64,000 bases of DNA from positions 1 to 64,000 of IMG/VR virus record IMGVR_UViG_3300032087_005679. One strand, written 5' to 3'. Numbering within the stretch: position 1 is the first letter of the stretch; each line of letters begins with the position of its first letter. Shown here piece by piece: positions 57,467 to 64,000 of the stretch. The position numbers and the translations under genes were made by a program. A model generated the notes under the pieces. The model ran no database searches, was not told where the DNA came from, and saw only the letters and a program-made list of their open reading frames with translations. Origin of the DNA: a virus.

Positions 57467-58734
57467 ATTTCAAATTTCTCCCAGCGAGTATAATTTTTTC
57501 TATCAGACCATGAACCTAGTCGTTCATGTAAACCTTGGAGGTAGTCAACCCAAAACTTCTTGTAATTCTCAAAGGAGTAGTTCTTCTCAACATGTTCCCT
57601 TCCTGCATCTCCAAGTTTTTGTCTTTCTTCGTCAGACATTTCATATATTTTAGTAAGCGCATCAACAACTGCTTCTTCTGATAACCTGTCCTCGTAAATA
57701 TAAGGTACCTGTTGAGATCCGATGATCGCTTTAGATACTGGTTCAATACCTACACCGAACCAATTTTCTCCGTCGGTTACTTGTTCTTGTAAGCCGCCAG
57801 TCATAGTATTGATAACAGGTTTACTACAAGATAAAGCTTCAAGAGAACTTAGTCCAAAACCTTCAGCATCTGCAATATTTAGAACACAATCTGCAAGATT
57901 ATAAAGCTTAGATAAATCGTCAGGAAGAAGCTTTTGTTTTGAGAATATCAATTGTCCCTGGTTTAGACCCAAAGTATTGGCTAAGAATTCTAGCGGTTGT
58001 CCGTGTGGGTCATTTGTATCTGTATGCATTATTAGCGCCGCTTTATCATGACCGACCTTATCAAGGAATGCTTTAAACCAATATACTAAAGAACCGCTTT
58101 GTTTTCTTCTTGCATTTCTGTTATTCCAAAAGAAGACGACTTTGTCCTCAAGGGACATTCTTTTTCTTAATTCGTTTATTTGGCTTATAGATTCTTTATC
58201 TGTTTTTTTCTTGAAAATAGCAGGATCAACAGCGTGAGGTAGGTACACCTCCTCAACCTCTGGTGCTGCTTTCTTTACAATTTCACTAGTGACCTTTGAT
58301 ATTGTTACCACAGCATCGTTAGATTCATAAAATGGCTTATTAAACATTGGAGTTGGGAAGTTATCCCAAACATGGTAATAAACCATTGGCACAACTTTTC
58401 TTATCTCTGATTCCATTTGCCATAGCCACTCATAGAACCTTGGATCCGTCATAAACCAGAGTATGTCTGGTTTTTCTTGAAGCAGCAAACTTCTCAACTG
58501 TTGCGGTGTTCCATAGCCATCTACAGGGATTATTTTCCATGATGCTCCGAACTTTTCAATGCCAACTTCCTTGACATTATAATCTGAGTGTTTGATTGCG
58601 CCGCCAAAAGATATAACCTCAAAGTTCCCGCTCTCAAGCAGACCTTCAATCATATATTTTGTTTGTGTAGCAACACCAGATGGTAGTAAAGGATGATCGC
58701 CAATTGTAAATACTTTTATTTTCTTCTTTGACAA
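57463..58734 (-). CDS. Glycosyltransferase family 4 (GT-B)
   Basis: PSGVA, NRNARRK, AEGFGLSSLEALSC; TTG start with GGAG SD. Confidence 0.88.
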   Translation of the reverse strand: MSKKKIKVFTIGDHPLLPSGVATQTKYMIEGLLESGNFEVISFGGAIKHSDYNVKEVGIEKFGASWKIIPVDGYGTPQQLRSLLLQEKPDILWFMTDPRFYEWLWQMESEIRKVVPMVYYHVWDNFPTPMFNKPFYESNDAVVTISKVTSEIVKKAAPEVEEVYLPHAVDPAIFKKKTDKESISQINELRKRMSLEDKVVFFWNNRNARRKQSGSLVYWFKAFLDKVGHDKAALIMHTDTNDPHGQPLEFLANTLGLNQGQLIFSKQKLLPDDLSKLYNLADCVLNIADAEGFGLSSLEALSCSKPVINTMTGGLQEQVTDGENWFGVGIEPVSKAIIGSQQVPYIYEDRLSEEAVVDALTKIYEMSDEERQKLGDAGREHVEKNYSFENYKKFWVDYLQGLHERLGSWSDRKNYTRWEKFEI

Positions 58735-58749
58735 ACTAAATTTCTCCCA

Positions 58750-59589
58750 TTATGGACAGTACTCTGTCTGATAAAATTCACAGGTTCCAAAACGGTCCTT
58801 ACAATCAGTACAAGAGTTTCTATTTTTTACGTAATTTTGTTTATTGATGTTATGCAGTGCTCTTAGTAGCAAATTCATAGCATCAGTTGTTCTTTTCTTT
58901 GCTGCTGTTACTCTTACAAACTCTGCTTTTTTCCCTGGTTTAGCAGTTCGCTTTAGTAACACAAAGTGACAATCAATATCTTTAGGCTCAACTTCATACT
59001 TTTGAGCGTAAAAGTGTTTGTAGAAAACTAACTGATAGGCTAAAATCTTATCACTCTTTTTTTGTGGTTTCCATCCCCACGAGCAAGTCTTCCAATCAAT
59101 AAGGTGAACTTTGCCATCCTTTTTCGAATACACTACAAGGTCAATAAAACCTTTGAATTTCTTTTCTGCTTCCGTGAATTCTGTGATGGGTTCGTAGAGT
59201 TGCTCTTCGGCTGCCAAAACTTCCCAGTCCTCACCGAGTTTACCGAACTTGTCAGCAAGACAGCGGTAAAGGTCAGGAATGATTTGAACGCCATTTAGAA
59301 GCCACTCTTTGAGCGCAAAATCTCTTTTAGCTTCCGTTTGTGCCTCGTCGGGCAGGGCGTTGAGTTCAGCGATGAATTGTTCTTTAACTAACTCCTCGAT
59401 CTTGCCAGGTTCTCTGTACTTTTCAGGGGAAGTCAAAGTGAATTCACAAACGGTGTGAATCGCCTTACCAAAAGCAGTATAGATATTACCCTCGAACTGA
59501 GTAACTTTATCAATATAAGTTAGTTTGTGGTAGTGAGGGCAAATATGCCAATTCTTCCACTCAGAGTAGGAAATATGTTTTCCAGCCAA
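58750..59589 (-). CDS. PD-(D/E)XK nuclease, Cas4/AddB-like with 4-Cys cluster
   Basis: ISYSE..CP, G..IH, FKGFIDLV, LIDWKT, QLVFY, C-terminal C..C.....C......CP. Confidence 0.85.
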   Translation of the reverse strand: MAGKHISYSEWKNWHICPHYHKLTYIDKVTQFEGNIYTAFGKAIHTVCEFTLTSPEKYREPGKIEELVKEQFIAELNALPDEAQTEAKRDFALKEWLLNGVQIIPDLYRCLADKFGKLGEDWEVLAAEEQLYEPITEFTEAEKKFKGFIDLVVYSKKDGKVHLIDWKTCSWGWKPQKKSDKILAYQLVFYKHFYAQKYEVEPKDIDCHFVLLKRTAKPGKKAEFVRVTAAKKRTTDAMNLLLRALHNINKQNYVKNRNSCTDCKDRFGTCEFYQTEYCP

Positions 59590-59601
59590 TGTAACCTGCT
59601 T

Positions 59602-60264
59602 TCAGTTATCTTTTACAATTGTATCGATTTTATTATATAGTACAGGACTAATGTCTTTAAGTTTTTCTTTTTTGCCTAAAAAGTAAGCCTCCATACCAGT
59701 AGCGAAATACTCACGAATTGAAACAGCGGCATATGGTCGGATGAAGATACCTGATACCATCATCTTCAATAGTTTTGGTCCAATCCTTTGGTACAGAAAA
59801 TCATCTAGATCCTTGTTGTATTGTAGATTTTCAAAGTCGTAATCCTTGGTCCAATAACCCTCTGACCTAGCTTCAAAATTTAATTGAAACCTTTTTTGCA
59901 AGAACTCTTTTTTTAGATCCTGGTCTGCGTAGATTGTGTTTGGGTATAACATCTCAATATGGTGTGCGAATTCATGAACGATATCGTCTATGATGTCATT
60001 TGCATCCTCTTGTTTATTGGAGATATAAAAAATACCATCTTTGTAAATTGCATTAGCGTTTCTTTGGTCGAATTCAGGCAGATGTTCGATCCGAATCTGC
60101 TTCAATCCATTAAAGAACTTTGAAGGTAATAAATCTTCAAGACTACGGAAAATAGCCTGTAGATCAATATTATTAGTTATTTGATCTACCTCAATAACGT
60201 CTATGTTTCCAAATTTGATATATCGAGTTGTATTTTTTGTTTTTTCAAAAATATATTCTCTCAC
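59602..60264 (-). CDS. HExxH zincin-like putative metallopeptidase
   Basis: VHEFAHHIE plus downstream REYFA..EAYF and SPVLY; GTGA overlap with PhoH gene. Confidence 0.6.
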   Translation of the reverse strand: MREYIFEKTKNTTRYIKFGNIDVIEVDQITNNIDLQAIFRSLEDLLPSKFFNGLKQIRIEHLPEFDQRNANAIYKDGIFYISNKQEDANDIIDDIVHEFAHHIEMLYPNTIYADQDLKKEFLQKRFQLNFEARSEGYWTKDYDFENLQYNKDLDDFLYQRIGPKLLKMMVSGIFIRPYAAVSIREYFATGMEAYFLGKKEKLKDISPVLYNKIDTIVKDN

Positions 60265-61565
60265 AGTATCTCCGAAGCCAATGTTGCTAGTTGTGATCTT
60301 TCACCCTTGGTTAATGTGATATGTCCTGCTATGTCGTACTGTTTGAACTTTTCAACAGCATGAGTCAACCCGTTCGATACTGAATCAACATACGAATTGT
60401 CAATCTGTTGGATATCTCCTGTTAGTACGAGTTTGGTGCCGTGACCTACCCTTGTTATTATAGTCTTTAATTCGTGTGCCGTCAAGTTCTGAGCTTCATC
60501 TACGATCAAAAAAGCATTTGCGATTGATCGACCACGAATGTAAGTCATTGCTTCTATTTCGATTGTGCCTTGTTCTATCTGCATGTCTAGTGCTGTACGA
60601 TCACCGAATAGGTGTTCTAGGTTATCACGTATTGGAGCAATCCATGGGAGCATCTTTTCCTCTAGAGTGCCTGGTAGGAAGCCAATGTCTCTACCCATAG
60701 GCTGAACGGGTCTTGTTATAATAAGTTTATCATATCCACCGCTTGCACCCGTTGTGTTTATCACTTGCTCTAAAGCGCAAGCAGTAGCTAACAAAGTTTT
60801 ACCAGTTCCAGCAGGACCAGTCAAAGAAATGACATGTATATCCTTGTCAAACAAAAGATCCATTGCATACTGTTGTTCTTTATTTTTTGCAGAAAGACCC
60901 CATATGTTTTTGAATTTATTTACTTTTCTAAGTGGTTTATCATATCCCTCAAACTTACAAATAGCTGATTTATTGGTAGCTTCATTTTTAAGAGTAAGGT
61001 ATTGATTTGGATATAGTTTAACTTTCTGCTCTTCTAACATAAACGGCTCACCTGTATAGAACCTATCAATAGTACTGAATTCTACCTCTAGTTCTTGTGT
61101 GCCTGTGAATAGATTCTCCACTGAGTTGATTACTTTTTGTGGCTGATAGTCATAACACTCGATCCCATGAGCGTCACATTTAACCCTCATATTGAGATCT
61201 CTAGATACGACTGCTATCTCATGTCCTTTTTCTTTTAGTCTTAGAGCTATAGCAATTATTTTATTGTCTGAATCGTTTTGATCCATACCAGGTGGCATAT
61301 ATTTAGCATCAAAGTGTGCTGCAAAGATTTTTCCTTTTCCTCTGCCAATGGCGACACCGTCCATCAGGCTGCCTTTTTTTCTAAGTGAGTCTAGAACTCT
61401 ATTCATTGTTCTAGCATTAAGACCTGCTGTATCTTGCCTGTGTTTATGTCTATCTATTTCGTCGAGAACAATTGTTGGGATTGCTATATTGTTTTTCCCG
61501 AATGCTAATATAGAACCTGCTTCAGTGAGATACACATTGGTATCTAAGATTATAGTTTTCTTCAT
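60261..61565 (-). CDS. phoH: PIN-PhoH (PhoH2-type) ribonuclease/ATPase
   Basis: PIN ILDTNVY..LDEID..DNKII..SRD.NMR; GPAGTGKT, IGFLPG, YIRGRS, DEAQN, TGD..QID. Confidence 0.92.
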   Translation of the reverse strand: MKKTIILDTNVYLTEAGSILAFGKNNIAIPTIVLDEIDRHKHRQDTAGLNARTMNRVLDSLRKKGSLMDGVAIGRGKGKIFAAHFDAKYMPPGMDQNDSDNKIIAIALRLKEKGHEIAVVSRDLNMRVKCDAHGIECYDYQPQKVINSVENLFTGTQELEVEFSTIDRFYTGEPFMLEEQKVKLYPNQYLTLKNEATNKSAICKFEGYDKPLRKVNKFKNIWGLSAKNKEQQYAMDLLFDKDIHVISLTGPAGTGKTLLATACALEQVINTTGASGGYDKLIITRPVQPMGRDIGFLPGTLEEKMLPWIAPIRDNLEHLFGDRTALDMQIEQGTIEIEAMTYIRGRSIANAFLIVDEAQNLTAHELKTIITRVGHGTKLVLTGDIQQIDNSYVDSVSNGLTHAVEKFKQYDIAGHITLTKGERSQLATLASEIL

Positions 61566-61592
61566 CTTTTCCCCGTAAAAAGTGGGTTTATA

Positions 61593-61600
61593 TAACTAGT
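61593..61600 (-). promoter_or_regulatory. Candidate phage late promoter ACTAGTTA upstream of phoH
   Basis: Between the tmRNA terminator and the phoH SD. Confidence 0.45.
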
Positions 61601-61622
61601 TCTGAGCGGGTAATTAAAGTAA

Positions 61623-61646
61623 TAAAAAAGCCGCCCGAAGGCGGCT
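61623..61646 (-). terminator. Intrinsic terminator of tmRNA
   Basis: AGCCGCC-TTCG-GGCGGCT followed by a U tract on the minus strand. Confidence 0.92.
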
Positions 61647-61972
61647 GGTGGAGGTAGGGAGAATTGAACTCCCGTCTTGTCCGTTTCCAAATCAAGGTCA
61701 TTCACAAGGTTGGACTAGCTTTTATCGTCGGCAAGTCTCTAGACTATATTATCTGTTTCGCTACACACAAATAATCAAAAGCGTTTATAGGACAAAAATA
61801 CGACTTTCTGTTTTTCGGTTGTCGCCACCTCAAGTCTAGTCAGGTTATTAAGCTGCTAGTGCTAGTTCTGCGTTGTTGTTTGCAGTTATAGTTTTAAGCG
61901 TTTTTAGTGAGCCACGCTTCCCTCACCCTTGCACCCATTCATCTTTCACGTCAATCGATTCCGGTTACCCCC
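61646..61972 (-). ncRNA. ssrA: tmRNA (transfer-messenger RNA), tag peptide ANNNAELALAA
   Basis: 5' GGGGGTA pairs with 3' TACCTCC-ACCA with G3.U wobble; T-arm GGGAG-TTCAATT-CTCCC; ATAACT-GCA resume context; tag ORF 61883..61845 ends ALAA TAA TAA. Confidence 0.96.
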
Positions 61973-61982
61973 TTAGGTAAAT

Positions 61983-62011
61983 GTTATAAACTATAAAGAA
62001 TATTTTGTCAA
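61983..62011 (-). promoter_or_regulatory. Sigma70-like promoter of ssrA
   Basis: TTGACA (62011-62006), 17 nt, TATAAC (61988-61983), 10 nt before the tmRNA 5' end. Confidence 0.7.
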
Positions 62012-62162
62012 GTTATTTACTCTTCTATATATGCTAGCAATCTTTGAAGCTGTCATAAAGCTAGAAAAAGTAGTAATAATAGAAAGAAAAGTTTTGATTT
62101 GGCTGTTTATGAGCTTGCAGCTATTATAACGAAGCCTAGAAAGGTGTTAAGGGCAAGAATGA

Positions 62163-62933
62163 TTAAATATCTAATTCCATATCAACACCAGTTTCATCAG
62201 AGTCTGTAGTGTCTTCTTTTTCCTCTTCATATTCTGGTGTAGAAACATCTGGAAGTGTGTTTGATAGTTCATCTTCAAACTTATCAAAATAGAGAAGCAA
62301 GTTTGTGATAAGGTAATCATAGAAAATGTCTTGATCTGTTTCATCTGCTAGCATGTCATAAGCATCAACAATTTGCTTTTCAACTTTCTTAAAAGTAATT
62401 GCAGCAAAGTTACGACCTGTTTCATTCTGATCGTCTAGTTTTACAAAATCATCTTCTTTACCGTCATTATCGATATCAATAAATTCACCTTCTACAGATT
62501 GTTCTTCTTTCCCGTCATCTTGTGGGTCTAGGTCAATTGATATTTTCTCTAGGAGAGTGTCTTTGTCGATTTCATACTCAATGCTTTCTAGCTGATCCTC
62601 AGCTTGACCTTGCGCTTCAATTGGACGAAGAGCATTCTCAACAGCATGAACAATGTGGTTTCTAAACGAATCTCTTTGCTCTTTATCGCTAGTAAGCATT
62701 TTGTAATCGTTTTCAATAGTTGGAATAACTTTTTCCAGCAAATCAGCTAGAACATTAATACCAGTGCTACGACTTGCTTCCTCTGTTCCTGTTTCGGCTT
62801 CAATTAGTTTGCGAACTACTTTTCTTATCTTTTCTTCAGCAAGTCTTTGCTGTTCAAGCTTCATGACAATCCTTTTACGGACATGTTCTCTAATAAGTTC
62901 TTCAGCTATTAGTTGGTTTCGGTCAATAGTCAT
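62163..62933 (-). CDS. Acidic hypothetical phage protein with leader-like N-terminus
   Basis: Start reassigned to ATG 62933 (MTIDRNQLIAEELIRE), which removes the overlap with the upstream gene; very acidic C-terminus. Confidence 0.75.
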   Translation of the reverse strand: MTIDRNQLIAEELIREHVRKRIVMKLEQQRLAEEKIRKVVRKLIEAETGTEEASRSTGINVLADLLEKVIPTIENDYKMLTSDKEQRDSFRNHIVHAVENALRPIEAQGQAEDQLESIEYEIDKDTLLEKISIDLDPQDDGKEEQSVEGEFIDIDNDGKEDDFVKLDDQNETGRNFAAITFKKVEKQIVDAYDMLADETDQDIFYDYLITNLLLYFDKFEDELSNTLPDVSTPEYEEEKEDTTDSDETGVDMELDI

Positions 62934-62943
62934 AGTATTATAA

Positions 62944-64000
62944 TTATCTCCGTCTTTGACGTTTTGCTCTTCTAACTTTAGGTTTGGACGATTTTGGTTT
63001 TTTGAAAGAGTTGTAATTGTTAGGTGGACCAAACCCTCCAGCATAACCAGCAACAGCCCCTCCGCCCATTGCAGACATTTCGTCTAAAGTGTCATCAATA
63101 AAATTCGTCACATCTTCAATAGTTGTAGTGAGCGCCGCCCAGATAGCATCAGCATCTGCATTTGGCGGAATATAAGAAATAAAAGTTTCCTTATCGCCAT
63201 CGGCAATAGCCTTTCTCATATCACGGGCACTATAAACAACTCCAGCACGAGACTGAACTGGGTCTTCAACGATGTCCTCGACATTTACACCAGGGTTATG
63301 GCGTTCAGCGTATGATTGCGCTCTGTCAAAGCGAGTATCCCCTACATCCTTACTACTCTTCACTAAAAGGATTGTATCTCCCTCTTTAGCAGTTGCTGGA
63401 TCAGCAACAAATTCATAAACTGCTTGGACTGGGCTGCGGTAGTCTGCAATTTTTGCAGTGATGTTGGGTTCTCCGTTTTCGAGATATTCATTCCAGATCT
63501 TGAGAGCCTGAGCGTTGCTTACTTCTGGGTAATCGACGGGAGAAATTAAAACAACAACTTCATCAACATCAGGTCGTTTAGCAATCTTATTTACATAATC
63601 AAAGTGACCTCGATGGGGTGGCTTAAACTTACCAGGGAATAGAGCTATACGCTTACCCTCTTTTTCAGTAATGACCTGGGTAGTGTTATTTAGTGATTCG
63701 TTTCTTTGGGCTGGTGCTGTTTTTTCTTTAGAAATTTGTTGCTGTAGTTCAGCCTCAATAACATTAGCATCTTTTACTGCTTTTTCTCCAGAAGCAATGC
63801 CAGTATTCCTGTCTCCGTAAGTAAAGTAGTTGTCAATATTATCCGAAAGACTTTTTGTAGCCCCGAACAGATTCTCTACTGTTTCGCCCAACACATCCAT
63901 ATATTTTTCAGCAATTTTTACTATTTGGTCATTGTTAGTTGGCAGACTAGCTACTACTCCAAACCCAGTTACAGATTGAGGTAATCCTCCTTTGTTGCTA
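62944..64000 (-). CDS. Multidomain protein with HxGH cytidylyltransferase/nucleotidyltransferase domain (5' end outside window)
   Basis: ALFPGKFKPPHRGH, SPV, KD...F, YSARDMR; frame stays open from 63900 to the window edge. Confidence 0.8.
   Translation of the reverse strand, partial: SNKGGLPQSVTGFGVVASLPTNNDQIVKIAEKYMDVLGETVENLFGATKSLSDNIDNYFTYGDRNTGIASGEKAVKDANVIEAELQQQISKEKTAPAQRNESLNNTTQVITEKEGKRIALFPGKFKPPHRGHFDYVNKIAKRPDVDEVVVLISPVDYPEVSNAQALKIWNEYLENGEPNITAKIADYRSPVQAVYEFVADPATAKEGDTILLVKSSKDVGDTRFDRAQSYAERHNPGVNVEDIVEDPVQSRAGVVYSARDMRKAIADGDKETFISYIPPNADADAIWAALTTTIEDVTNFIDDTLDEMSAMGGGAVAGYAGGFGPPNNYNSFKKPKSSKPKVRRAKRQRRR

Noticed and set aside
39613-58734. Bacterial chromosomal O-antigen or capsule locus
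   Set aside because: No flippase, polymerase, chain-length or export genes; contiguous and co-oriented with phage sigma, baseplate and PhoH genes
58750-59589. CRISPR-Cas system
   Set aside because: Only a solo Cas4-like nuclease; no repeat-spacer array or other cas genes seen
61646-61680. Stand-alone tRNA gene
   Set aside because: The matching 5' acceptor strand is ~300 nt away and a tag ORF lies between, so this is tmRNA
104-61839. All plus-strand ORFs in the supplied track, and short nested minus-strand ORFs
   Set aside because: They lie antisense to or inside well-supported minus-strand genes, lack recognisable motifs, and the minus strand is already fully tiled
61648-61839. 63-aa plus-strand ORF MEVGRIELPS...
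   Set aside because: It is the antisense translation of the tmRNA 3' end and T-arm
1-64000. Genome-wide stop-codon recoding (code 15 or 4)
   Set aside because: ORFs over 2000 aa are intact in code 11, and TAA, TAG and TGA all end genes at tight junctions

Overview
This window is a 64-kb segment of a large, AT-rich, contractile-tailed (myovirus-like) jumbo/huge phage genome. Every credible gene lies on the minus strand, tightly packed, in the standard genetic code. In transcription order (right to left) it contains: (1) an HxGH nucleotidyltransferase-domain protein, an acidic protein, a complete tmRNA (ssrA; tag ANNNAELALAA) with promoter and terminator, PIN-PhoH, an HExxH protein and a Cas4-like PD-(D/E)XK nuclease; (2) a ~19-kb, 21-gene nucleotide-sugar and glycosyltransferase cluster (GT4 x3, GT-B/GT2 fusion, CgeB-like, GT15, GT11, two Fcl paralogues, three epimerases, aminotransferase plus formyltransferase, C- and O-methyltransferases); (3) a gp55-like late sigma factor; (4) ~34 kb of baseplate/tail genes (M23 peptidase, spike-like protein, gp25, gp6, DNRLRE, LamG and several 1000-2200 aa proteins); (5) RuvC, a HAD nucleotidase, a primase and small modular proteins with shared N-terminal leaders. 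The strongest non-obvious signals are: a [ST]-[GAS]-S tripeptide enriched in only a subset of tail proteins beside the glycosylation cluster (candidate virion O-glycosylation system); a candidate late promoter (A/C)CTA(T/G/A)TTA, often exactly 4 nt before ATG; and a family of capsid-targeting-like leaders with L-x-E putative cleavage sites. Functional calls come from motif recognition only and no database searches were run.
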